Positions 24,774 to 36,045 of a DNA stretch of 39,627 nucleotides are shown here, in pieces; positions within the stretch are counted from its first letter, which is position 1; each line of letters opens with the position of its first letter. Made by a program: the position numbers and the translations under genes. The stretch is from positions 62,660,107-62,699,733 of the forward strand of contig NC_068990.1 in NCBI RefSeq assembly GCF_001194135.2, in the 5' to 3' direction. Source of the DNA: Octopus bimaculoides. Its lineage: Eukaryota. Under the pieces are notes generated by a model. The model was not told the origin of the DNA and did not search any database. It was given only the letters and a program-made list of their open reading frames with translations.

Positions 24774-25085
24774 CTTACTCGAGCAGTTTGCTTCCTATGG
24801 AGTATAGTCCATCGACGACTTCTCTCCCCTGTTCTTCATTCTGCAGTGTCTTCTCCTGGATCTTGTTAGCTCTGAAATGTCATCGGTGCTTCTGTAACAG
24901 TGTTTTGTTTCTAATTAATGCTGTTGGCCCTACGCAAAGCCATTTATTCTTCTGAGAAGTGAGGGTCCATATTAAACTGGCTCCTACCCTTTAACTTGTC
25001 TATCATGGTAGGAGATTGAACTCCTACCATGATGATGCTTGAACTCAGCTGGAATAGTCCTCAGAGTCATTGAGACACACATACA
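24774..25085 (-). mobile_element. Short RTE-derived element: 5' UTR joined to the RTE 3' end
   Basis: Minus strand starts GTGTGTCTCAATGACTCTGAG...GACAAGTTAAAGGGTAGGAGCCAG...GCGTAGGGCCAACA (RTE 5' UTR-like). It ends with LQNEEQGREVVDGLYSIGS, resembling the RTE ORF terminus. Confidence 0.6.
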
Positions 25086-25274
25086 CCACAACACCACACC
25101 ACACTGCACCACAACAAGGACTTGACCCTGTACTGGAGTATTCTTCTAGCTGAATTTTATTATCCTTCATTTCTTTTATGCGATCTGAAACAATAATTTC
25201 TCTTATGTTTGCAAAATGACATTTTGATATACGTATATAAATTACATAGAACGAAATTGATGTCTGTGAGAAAA

Positions 25275-25517
25275 TGTGTATATGTGTATGTGTGTATGTA
25301 TGTATGTATGTATGTATGTGTGTATGTATGTATGTATGTATGTATGTATGTATGTGTGTATGTATGTATGTATGTATGTAAGTATGTATGTATGTATGTA
25401 TGTATGCATGCATGCATGCATGTATGTATGTATGCATGCATGCATGTATGTATGTACGTAGTATGTATGTATGTATGTATGTATGTATATATGTATGTAT
25501 GTATGCATGTATGTATG

Positions 25518-25551
<34 letters not shown>

Positions 25552-25582
25552 TGTATGTATGTATGTATGTATGTATGTATAT
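25275..25582. repeat. (ATGT)n array with ATGC/GTGT variants
   Basis: Read directly. Source of the HTYI/MYVC ORFs. Confidence 0.95.
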
Positions 25583-25757
25583 GATCATTTGTCTTACGTG
25601 CAGTCATTTCTACTTAGAAAACATTTTCACAAACAAATTTAGTAACTTTCATATATTAGTTCATGCCACGATATATCGCATTCCCCGGAGTTACATGCTC
25701 GAGGTACTCCTTATTCAGGACTGCCTGGTAGTGATAACATTTAGTTGATATTAGTTG

Positions 25758-25842
<85 letters not shown>
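25758..25842. repeat. Compound (TG)n(AG)n microsatellite
   Basis: Read directly. Confidence 0.95.
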
Positions 25843-25847
<5 letters not shown>

Positions 25848-26410
25848 GGGAGAGTCGAGGAGGGGAATCGATAGAAATTAAACACAAAAGAAACGAAAGG
25901 AAGAATACCGCTGAATGACTCTAGACAACATCACGAGTTTCAGTGGTCTCATCATTTAGATACCATTGTTAAAGGTTAAGATAGTGGAGAAAAGACACCG
26001 GCACAAAAGATACGGAAACATATATTGGAAAGTGTTTATGACGTTACAAAGAAAACACGGTTTAGCTTTGGCTGCAAGGACAAGAAATACAAAAAGTTAA
26101 TCTTTAACGATCAAAATATAACTAAATAGTACAAAACAATAGGAAATATGCGTGACGCTTGAATAAGGCACTGTAAAAGCGCTGGAGTAAAACAAGGTAA
26201 TAGTGGAGAGATGATAAACTGGTATGCTTAACGGATGAACTGAGATGAGAAAGTTGACCAAAAGAGATTCGGCTTGCCGAGAACGTAAGGAAATGCAGTA
26301 GAAAGAGAGATGCCACAGAGCAGAGAGAGGAGAGAGAGAGAGAGAGAGATACAGACAGACAGAGACAGAGAGAAAGTTTGAGACTGTCGCTAACATCTTC
26401 CTTTTCTTAC

Positions 26411-26621
26411 ATATTGGTTTCAAATTTCGGCACAAGCTCAGATATTTCGGTGGAAGGTTAAGTCAATTACATCAACTCCAGCGTTCACCTGGTATTTATT
26501 TTTTTCACCCGCGAAAGGATGAAAGGCAAAGTCAACCCCAGCGGAATTCGAACTCAAAACGTAAAGATGGATGAAATGCTCTCAAGTACTACTCTTATAA
26601 CGATTCTGCCAGCTTGCTGCC
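26411..26621 (-). mobile_element. SINE family B, near full length
   Basis: Minus strand GGCAGCAAGCTGGCAGAATCGTTA (A-box-like), GAGTTCGAATTCCGC (B-box-like), GACTTTGCCTTTCATCC. Confidence 0.85.
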
Positions 26622-27119
26622 TTACTTTTTCTTGTATATTGGAAATTATTGTTGAAATTGCTGTGACCTTATGTATTCTCAATCACGCTTTATTTCTTTG
26701 TTTTTCTCCCTTTTCCTTCTCTACTCTGTCACCCCCTCGCNNNNNNNNNNNNNNNNNNNNNNNNNNNNNNNNNNNNNNNNNNNNNNNNNNNNNNNNNNNN
26801 NNNNNNNNNNNNNNNNNNNNNNNNNNNNNNNNNNNNNNNNNNNNNNNNNNNNNNNNNNNNNNNNNNNNNNNNNNNNNNNNNNNNNNNNNNNNNNNNNNNN
26901 NNNNNNNNNNNNNNNNNNNNNNNNNNNNNNNNNNNNNNNNNNNNNNNNNNNNNNNNNNNNNNNNNNNNNNNNNNNNNNNNNNNNNNNNNNNNNNNNNNNN
27001 NNNNNNNNNNNNNNNNNNNNNNNNNNNNNNNNNNNNNNNNNNNNNNNNNNNNNNNNNNNNNNNNNNNNNNNNNNNNNNNNNNNNNNNNNNNNNNNNNNNN
27101 NNNNNNNNNNNNNNNNNNN

Positions 27120-27154
<35 letters not shown>

Positions 27155-27330
27155 TTGTGTGTGTGTTTGTGTCCGTGCTTGTACACTCACCATCGCTTGG
27201 CAACCCTAAATTTAGCGGTTCGGCATGAGAGACCGATAGAATAAATACTAGGCTTACAAAAAATAAGTCCTGGGGTCGATTTGTTCGACTCCAGCAAGGC
27301 CACAGTCAAATGACTGAAACAAGTAAACGT
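27120..27330 (+). mobile_element. SINE family A, 3' half
   Basis: TTAGCGGTTCGGC...GACCGATAGAATAAATACTAGGCTTAC...GGCCACAGTCAAATGACTGAAACAAG. Confidence 0.85.
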
Positions 27331-27586
27331 ATACACCCCCCACACACACTAACGCACAAAGTCACACTCAAGTCACACTCAAGTCACAGGCATACACCTA
27401 TATGTCTGCAGACATGTAGTGATCTTTACATACGTATGTATGTGGAATTAAATCCATAGGAAATGCCCTAAAAATCTACAATTGTATGTCTTCACACAGC
27501 AGGCATCAGTATGCATCTATATATATTTATGTGCGTGTGTAATACTTATTTTCTCATCACATCAATATTTATATATATATTTGTTT

Positions 27587-27618
<32 letters not shown>

Positions 27619-27789
27619 CGCTTGTATTTCTTTTAGTTATTGTTGTTACAGCTGTTTTTCGTTGATGTATGCTTTATTTATGAGCGCTTGTTTTATGTTT
27701 GTTTAACTGATATTGTCATTATACGTATTTGTCATGACTCACTGTGATATACACAGGATCTTATGTTGCTTTTTCTTGATGCTTATTGT

Positions 27790-28107
27790 CGTCATAGAGC
27801 CGACATCACTATACTTATCATCATTATTATTGTTGTAAGTATTAAGTTGTTGCTGTCATTGTTGTTGATGTCGTCAATGTTGTCGTCATCGTTGTCGTCA
27901 TCATCATCATCGTTTGTTTTGCTTCTTTTTTTTGTTGTTGTTGCTGTTGTCATCATAGTCATATTGCCATTGTTGTTACTTTTATTGCTACTTTCGAGGT
28001 TTATTGTAAAGGATATTTTTGAAGTTGCTGTTGTCATAGTTTCGGTAACAGTCTTTGCTGTTGCTGTTAGTGTTGATGTTGTTGCTGTTGATGATGACGA
28101 CGACGAC

Positions 28108-28143
<36 letters not shown>

Positions 28144-28680
28144 AACGGCGACGACGTCGAGGGTGATGATAATTAGGAGGTGGAGGAGGACGAGGGGGAG
28201 GTCGTGGACGAAGATGAGGAGGATGAAAAGGGGGACGAAAAGGAGGATGAGAATGAAAACGATGAGGATGTTGATGATAATGATGATGATGAGGAGGAGG
28301 AGGAGGAGGAGAAAGAGGAGGAGGGGGAAGAGAAGGAAGAGGAGGAATAAGCGGAATAGGAGGACGAGGAGAATGTTGATGATGAAGAAGAGGGGGAAGA
28401 GGAGGAGGAGGAGGAGGACGATGTTGATGATGATAAGAGGGAGAAAGGGAAGGAGAAGGAGGAGGAAGGGGAGGAGGGTAACAGGAGGATATTGACGACG
28501 ATGATGATGATGAGGATGAGGACGAGAAAGAAGATGATGATAATTATGATAATGATGATGACTATGACTATGACGATGGTGATGATGATGACGACGATGG
28601 TGATGATGACGACAACGACGATGATGATGATGACGATGATGATGATGATGATGATGATGACGATGATGATAGTGAGGGAA
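27790..28680. repeat. Compound trinucleotide low-complexity array (TCA/TTG, then GAT, GAG, GAT)
   Basis: Read directly. The acidic frame has stops, e.g. 28174-28176. Confidence 0.9.
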
Positions 28681-29249
28681 AGAGAAGGAACAGTTTCATA
28701 AACGATGATGAATATCTTTATGATGAGATGCTAGTGATTACTGTCATCCTTGTCATAAGTGTCATTTGCTATCAAGCGGTGGGTTGGGGATATTGTGGCT
28801 TATGTTTGCAGTTGTTGAATTTTCATCTCTTGCTCTTTCGAACTATGAAATATGTCTTATCTGGGCGTCACTATCATCTTTCACTAAGAAATATCGGTCT
28901 GACCGTCACCGAATATCACTTCAAAAGTTGTGTCTTCACAGGGTAGTTTATGGCCCCTAGTCTTTTTCTTACTCACACCTTTTATTCACGCGACTTGCTT
29001 CACTCAGCAGAGACTGCATATACTACCTATGACCAATATAGACATTTTGAGCCGTTTCAATTTCTTGGTCATTCCCTCGTATTATCATTTTACTTATTTT
29101 ATAATTTTCATAACTCCATTCTCTTCATAGTCACTACCATCTCTATTTTCTTTGTCTCTCTACTTCTCAGCCTGTTTAAGTGCACACTCGCACGCGTGTC
29201 AATAACTAAACAGGGACGAACATTTACAAACTTACGGACCACAAAATAC

Positions 29250-30000
29250 AGCTTTCTTTCTTTTCATGCCATCAGAGACACACCAGAATAAATATCCCTT
29301 ATAACCTAGTCAAAAGGATTCGTGCAATAGTATCCGATACAAACATCTGAAGGATACACAACTTGACAGGAATTACCCACCATTCTTAATCGATAATGGA
29401 ATGCAACGAGCCGAGAAATTATGTACTCAGGAACTAAGACAAACGAAACAAAGAAACTATTCAGAATTGAAGATCCAAATATACATCTCCTTCGACAATC
29501 TTCAAAACAATGAGGCTTACAACATCATATTCCAAAACACACCGATACCGATCCCAGGCTAAACCAAATCCTTCAAACACATACAAAAAGAACAAAAGAC
29601 AACTTAAATCAATGAAAAAATACTAACAAAAGTCAAACTCCATACAATAACTACAAGATCAACAGTAAAATGATGAGGAAAACCCATCTTTGGTATATAC
29701 TTTAATCTGACAGAAGGATCGGAGATCAGCTTCAAACGTGTATAAATCTTTTCTATAAGATCTAATTTCGTCGCTGCATCTGAGCAATATCATGCTCAGG
29801 ATGTGAAGACCATTACATTGGTCAGACAGATGGCTTCTTACGACAGCGCATAACTCTGCAAAGACAGCAAATAAAAATACGATACGAAACAACCAGATTT
29901 TACAATTTTCCCTCTATATCAATTAAGTGATAACATATAACTCAACGGCAATGCAACAACAAAGAAATTTCCTTCATAACAAAATTCTAACCACATAAAA
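29250..30000 (+). mobile_element. Penelope-like element 3' part: RT C-terminus, linker and GIY-YIG endonuclease (decayed)
   Basis: SCHQRHTRINIPYNLVKRIRAIVSD; NYPPFLIDNGMQRA; CSGCEDHYIGQTDGFLRQRITLQRQQIK (YIGQT motif); terminal KEISFITKF*P. Confidence 0.88.
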
Positions 30001-31237
30001 TTTCTGTTGCAGAGAATGGAGACAAATATCACAAAGACTGCTGAACGACCGCTACTAGTTAGATGGACAATTGCTATAAGCTCTGAGAGCACCGGCTGTT
30101 GTTGTCCCAGCTCCTGTACTTGCTGCTACCACAAACAACCCGACCTGCTCCTCCTTTCACTAGCCACCGGCTGGCTACTACTGCAGTTAACTGGTACTCA
30201 GCAACAATCACAACGAAATATAACACCATTTCATTTTTATATGAAAAATATGTTAACATCCAGAACTGATGATATGAAAGATTAATTTAATTTATTTTTA
30301 CCTTTTATTTCAGTATGACTAGATTGCATTGTTATAGCGACCGGAACCGGTAGATGCTGATTTATTTAAAAATGTATTTACTTATTTTATTCCAGGATAA
30401 AGTTCGCAAAGCATTTTCTTCTTTTTATTTCACAATATAAATTTACTCGTGTGAAACTTCTTAATCATTTCAATAATATGTGTCTGTATGAGTGTGTGTG
30501 TGTGTGCACGCGCGTGTATGCGTGTGTGTGCATGTATGCGTGTATTATGTATGTATGTATGTATGTATGTATGTATGTACATTCTGTTATCGGATGGTTC
30601 GATCAGAACGGGTGAATCTAAAATATTTAGAGTAATGTGATTGGTGTGTCTAGAAAATGGTGGGTTGAGAGAAATCATTTAGAGTCGATCATAATCTTTA
30701 TCAAATATGACTTGCATTAAACTTAACAATGGTTTTCTCAAGCAAATTTTCTCAACCATGCATTTGTATTCACCCATGTGACTGCTTACTCAAGTATATA
30801 GAGACTTTGAAAGAACTTGTGTACAAAACATAACATAATTTATAAATCGTACATCAGAGTAAGATTTTCTTTTTCAACTTACGCTAATACAAATATCATT
30901 TCAGTTTTCACCATCAACTTAGCAGCTCTGCTACTGCATTGCTTAATTTTATTTGGAGTCTTAGATATAGTAATACAAACTTTTGAATTAAATGAGTATA
31001 ACACATTAATTAATGATAATGTGGGGGGGGGGNNNNNNNNNNNNNNNNNNNNNNNNNNNNNNNNNNNNNNNNNNNNNNNNNNNNNNNNNNNNNNNNNNNN
31101 NNNNNNNNNNNNNNNNNNNNNNNNNNNNNNNNNNNNNNNNNNNNNNNNNNNNNNNNNNNNNNNNNNNNNNNNNNNNNNNNNNNGTAGAAATCCCTTAAAT
31201 GTTTACAATATAGACCCTGCATTTAATATTAACTTCC

Positions 31238-31645
31238 AAATTTCGGGCCTTATGCCTAGAGTAGAAAAGAATATTAGGTTAACCTCCGCCGAGGTCGACT
31301 TTACCTTTCATCCTTTCAGGGCCGATAAACTGAGTACCAGTTGCTTACTGGGTCGATGTAATCGACTGGCCCCTCTCCAAAAATTTCGGGCCTTGTGCCT
31401 AGAGTAGAAAAGAATATTAGGTTACCCGAAAGCGGCGAACTGGCTGAATCGTTAACACGCCGGGAAAAATGCTTAGTGGCATTTTGTCCGTCCTTTCGTT
31501 CGGAGTTCAAATTCCGCCTTAGTCGACTTTGGCTTCCATCCTTCCGGGGTCGATAAAATAAGTACCAGCTGAGTACTGGGGTCAATGCAATCGACTCGTT
31601 CCCTTCCCCTAACTTGGCCTTGTGCCAAAATTTGAAATCAATATC
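31238..31645 (+). mobile_element. Head-to-tail SINE family B cluster (tail, 3' half, full copy)
   Basis: 44-bp tail repeated at 31238-31281 and 31381-31424 with 1 mismatch. Full copy at about 31431-31645. Confidence 0.85.
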
Positions 31646-31943
31646 AGATTAAGCATCAACAAACCTAAAGTTAAATTAAATGTGCAATTGATACATTGTA
31701 AGTAAAACTACTATCATGTTCCTTAAACAGTCTAATTAACTAAATAAGGCTCTAAACTCCTTTGCGCTTTAAGTAAAAGTAACGCTAGAACTAACTTTTG
31801 AGTGCACAATGCAACGCTATTCATAAGTGGAATACATAGTTTTTGTCACTCCACTTTCTCACTGTTTCTGTATTTCTATATTTACACTCACTCATACACA
31901 CACACATACACTCATATACCCAAATATATTCTTGTATAAACAA

Positions 31944-32018
<75 letters not shown>
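31944..32018. repeat. (AAT)25 microsatellite
   Basis: Read directly. Confidence 0.95.
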
Positions 32019-32019
<1 letters not shown>

Positions 32020-32499
32020 GTAATGATAAATCTCATTTACATGCAGACCGACAACATCTATAACATGTATATTACAATTGAATCACTTCCGGCACAATTA
32101 TAGTACTGAACCACTGACGTTCTCAGCGAACCTTACTACGCTACATTTCTGTTCCGCTCCACAAACTCCGAAGTTATTTTCTCACGACCAAACAATCTGC
32201 TTATTTCCATCTTTATCTTTAACTTCATCTTGTATTAGTATTGGCGAAGTTTATATTGTTCTAAGTATTCTCTTACAGAATCTTATTTTTGCATTTCGCT
32301 CGTATGCAATGATTGAAGCAATGTACTTCGTAATTATATGTCCACACATTCATGTATGTATGTATGTATGTATGTATGTATAATACACACACACCTATGC
32401 ATGTGTATACAGTCAGAGAGAGAAGAAGAGAGAGGGTAGAGAGAGGAGGAGAGAGATGGTTGAGAACGTTTTTATTAGCTACAAGGCCTCGAAAGGATA

Positions 32500-32830
32500 C
32501 AGAAAATGCAAAGAAGCATTAAACATTGTTTTTCTTCGCTACTATATGGATGTGAGAGCTATATTACCTATAGTAAACAAATGAGAAGACTGGACCAACA
32601 TTTTCTCTTCCGTATACTGGTTATCCGATGGCAGATATAAGTGATGCTAAGTCCTCGAACGCAGCCAGTTTAGCAATATAGAGTATGTAGTACTTAATCA
32701 ACGATTACTACCGAATGGTCGGGATAGAAGACGATCAGACCCCCAAGCAATTTCTGATTGGTGAGTTAGCGCAGATTAAAAGACCTGTACACAAATCAAA
32801 ATTAAAGTATTAGGTCAAAATTCTGCTAAA
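32500..32830 (+). mobile_element. RTE (BovB-like) LINE C-terminal fragment
   Basis: SLLYGCESYITYSKQMRRLDQH..RILVIRWQ, LERSQ and EDDQTPKQFLIGELAQIKRP fit LLYGCE.W...IL.I.WQ...PKQLLYGEL. Confidence 0.8.
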
Positions 32831-33271
32831 AGGATGGGAAAGCCTCTTTTTAGATTGTTTATTGTGGAACAAAGCAGTAAATGATGAGTGGCGGAAATTT
32901 GAACAAAAATGTAACGAGCATGAAAAGTTCAGGGGAAATCTTTGTAACGGCCTTGATATTAACTTGTTTGCGTATATTGGCACCTAATTTGGTTTAACTT
33001 GTAACGATTTGAACTCAGAGTGCTAAGAGCTAAAACAAATACCACGTGACAACAAGGCCGATGATCATTCTTGCTTGCAAGCAAAGATGAGATCTTCCCT
33101 CAAGCATGCAAATTGTTTTAGAGAAACGGATTCTTTTTTTTTTTTAATGATTGTTCATTTTCTTCGAGTATTACCAACAATTACCGTTAAGTATTTAACC
33201 ATTCTTCAAGTAGCAGGAAATTCCAGTTATTATTTTTTAAAAATTATTTGTGTCATTCAATGACGTATTAG

Positions 33272-33452
33272 TATATTGTTGTTATTCAACCCTTCATTTT
33301 TAACGATTATTCCAACCGTGACCGACCATTCATCTTTATTGCAGACGTTGTACGTCTCCTTTCTATTTTAAAGATGGTAGGCAGTGGTTTGAGGGATATT
33401 TAGATACTATTTCTCGTAGGTTGAACAATGACCTAGGGTCGTATAGATAAAA
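33272..33452 (-). mobile_element. Repeat family C (SINE-like), decayed
   Basis: AAGATGGTAGGCAGTGGTTTGAGGGATATTTAGATACTATTTCT is the reverse complement of the core at 34985-35030. Confidence 0.55.
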
Positions 33453-33693
33453 GTAGGGAAAATTTAGTGGCCAATAAATTTAACTATACTCAGAAATATG
33501 ACAAAGGTACTTTAGTGTAGATAAATACCTTTACTAAATTATAGAATATAAATAAATCAAAACGGGAGTAAACTGACATTTTTTCATTAAGAAGAAACAA
33601 TTATGTTAACTGTTATCGAAGGAAACAGTAAAATAGTGATAAATCAATCTAAAATAGTTTTTAATGAAATGTTAATATTTTTTGATTTGGTAA

Positions 33694-33900
33694 GACGGCG
33701 AGCTGCCAGAATCGTTAGCACGTCGGGTAGAATACTTAGTGGCATTTCATCCGCCTTTCCAACTCGAGTTCGCCGATGTCGACTTTGCCTTTCATCCTTC
33801 AGGGTCGATAAAATAAGTTCCAGATGAGCCCTGGAGTCGATGTAATTGTCTTAGCTCCTTCCCCAAACCTGTTGGCCTCGTGCCAAAATTTAAAATCAAT
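33694..33900 (+). mobile_element. SINE family B, full length
   Basis: GACGGCGAGCTGCCAGAATCGTTAGCACG...GTCGACTTTGCCTTTCATCCTTCAGGGTCGATAAAATAAG. The central domain resembles Meta/MESC-type SINEs (recognition, not searched). Confidence 0.9.
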
Positions 33901-34942
33901 ACACATAGAAAATGAATATTTAAGTTCACTTCCAACAGTTCGTCATGACATAGTCAAGTAGACATAGTAACAGATGATCTTACAGTTCAGTCGATCCATC
34001 GCCTTGGATTGATATTTTTCTACCGACCCTGAAGGGGTGAAAAGCAAAGTTTGAATATACTTGAATATATTTCCAATTAGAAATATATTCCTGTAAACAC
34101 AGCGTTGTAACGTTTCAGTACATTGTATTAACCTTAGACACTTTTCTAAAGATAGAGATATCTGCTGCAAATTTAGAGATAGTTTTAAATGTCTAAGAAA
34201 ACACTGTTATAAAGAAAGAGATACATTCCTGTAGAATTAGAAACAGCATTGGAAAGTCACTGACATCGACGTTTTATAACATTCTAACTAACCTAACTTT
34301 TAACCTAATCATTGGAGAAGCTAATTTAGTTGCTAAATCCTGTCTCACATACATCTCTTGTGTATTCATATTTGATGTTCTAATTACCACAACCGCCTGC
34401 CAAACACAAATATTGAATGCTTTTCGTCAGAATGCCGATAGTACGTAAAGCTTAGATGACATAACTTCGATAAAAAGAAAAGAAAAATTACATTGAAAAA
34501 TATCAGTAAATCAATTATGATTAATTATAATATAGTCGGACTAAAAGCATTCAATAATAAAATCTTTGGTTATACAAGTTATCCGTAGACTCCAATTTTT
34601 CAACTCAAATTCTCATTTCGCTCACTAAATTATATCTAAGCTTTTCTAGAATACTCGTAGGACATTATAAGTATATGGTTAAGGCAGGACTTTTCTCTTG
34701 GCATGCAATGGTTTACTTCCTGCCACAGAGTTCCACTTGAACAAAAGTAAAGAGAGAGTATTGCAAAACTACCTTTTTAAGCACAAAAATTGTTGTATTT
34801 AACACCATTTGTAAAATATGAAGTACATTCATTCCTTGATTGCTCCACATATTATCTTTTGTTCACAAATTTTGCTGAAGCCCCACCATGATTCTGAATT
34901 TTAAAGATGATGAAAAATCAAATTTATCATTTATTACTTAAC

Positions 34943-35123
34943 GCTAGCCGCCGAGAAGGCGTCTTTAGGTTCACTCCTGCAGACAGAAACAACTATCAAA
35001 TCTCCCTTCAATCAAAACCTATCATCTTAGAAAAAAAAACAAAAAAACAGACAACGCATCTTTCATGATGTGTATCGGATGTATACTATATCTGAATAAA
35101 GAATAGAAATAAAAAAAGATGGC
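34943..35123 (+). mobile_element. Repeat family C copy interrupted by two family-B SINEs (resumes about 35595-35640)
   Basis: AGAAACAACTATCAAATCTCCCTTCAATC...ATCATCTTAGAAAAA core. Confidence 0.55.
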
Positions 35124-35143
35124 ATTATTATACTTTTGATTAA

Positions 35144-35594
35144 GGGGGTGATCTGGCAGAATCGTTAGCACGCCTGGCGAAATGCTTAGCAGTATTTCAC
35201 CTGTCGCTTCGTTCTGAGTTCAAATTCTGCGGAGGTCGACTTTGCATTTCATCCTTTCAGGGACGATAAATTAAGTACCAGTTGCGTACTAGGGCCGATC
35301 TAATCGACTGACCCCCCTCCCCAAAAATGTCGGGCCTTGTACCTGGAGTAGAAAAGATTATTATGGTTTTGATTAAGGCGTAAGCTGGCAGAATCGTTAG
35401 CACGCCGGGCGAAATGCTTAGCAGTATTTCACTTGTCGCTTCGTTCTGCGTTCAAATTCCACCGAGGTCGACTATGCCTTTCATCCTTTCGGGTCGATAA
35501 ATTAAGTGCCAGTGTAACATTGACGTCGATTTAATCGACAAGTCCCCTCCCCCAAAATTTCAGGCCTTGTGCTTTTTGTAGAAAGAATTATTAT
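35144..35594 (+). mobile_element. Two tandem full-length family B SINEs (35144-35363, 35377-35594)
   Basis: Each has an A-box-like TGGCAGAATCGTTAG, a B-box-like GTTCAAATTC and an ATT tail. A related 20-mer borders both copies. Confidence 0.92.
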
Positions 35595-35803
35595 GCCTTT
35601 GATCAAAGAAGGCTCTTGCTTAATCAGGGGCTAGAAAACATTTCTTTTATCAGTTTCTGATAATCCCCGATCCAACTGTAAAAAGAACAGCTTTTAATGA
35701 TCCAATGGTAGATCTGACTGAGTCCCTATGTGGCCGTTCAATTTTCTAGAAATAATAGTCAAGTTTCTCTCAAATCTTTCACATCTGTCTCAAAAGAAAT
35801 AAG

Positions 35804-36045
35804 GGCTATCTTTCGATTTGATGTGAGGAAACGTCAGTGAAAGCACATGAGTTTTGTTTACATCTAATCGGCCTGTTAGGGTTAGGGTTAGGTTTAAGGG
35901 TTAGGTTTAGGGTTAGGGTTAGGGTTAGGTTTAGGGTTAGGGTTAGGGTTAGGTTTAGGTTTAGGGTTAGGGTTTGCCGATTAGATGTAAACAAAACCCA
36001 TGTGCTTTCACTTGACGTTTCCTCACATCAAATCGAAAGATAGCC
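35804..36045. mobile_element. 242-bp MITE with 69/70-bp TIRs, 8-bp TSD and a telomeric-repeat interior
   Basis: TIRs at 35804-35872 and 35976-36045 differ by 1 mismatch and 1 indel. GAAATAAG is duplicated at 35796-35803 and 36046-36053. Confidence 0.93.
35876..35975 (+). repeat. Interstitial (TTAGGG)n array with AGGTTT variants
   Basis: About 16 hexamers read directly. Confidence 0.95.

Noticed and set aside
25045-25748. HTYI/MYVC repeat ORFs
   Set aside because: Translations of the (ATGT)n array.
28055-28701. Met/Arg-rich ORFs
   Set aside because: Shifted-frame readings of GAT/GAG repeats.
551-31407. Long ORFs in the track that cross N-runs (e.g. 551-1549, 12126-12929, 19463-20374, 23029-23931, 26519-27244)
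   Set aside because: Their length comes from untranslatable Ns and flanking microsatellites.
34729-34746. Possible 18-nt plus-strand microexon (CCACAG|AGTTCCACTTGAACAAAA|GTAAAG)
   Set aside because: Plausible signals but no supporting neighbouring exons.
35144-35594. Repeated units with spacers, or tRNA-like A/B boxes, read as CRISPR or tRNA genes
   Set aside because: Eukaryotic context. The units are ~220-bp SINEs and I saw no cloverleaf.
35876-35975. TTAGGG array as a chromosome end or fusion site
   Set aside because: Short, single orientation, and enclosed by TIRs and a TSD.
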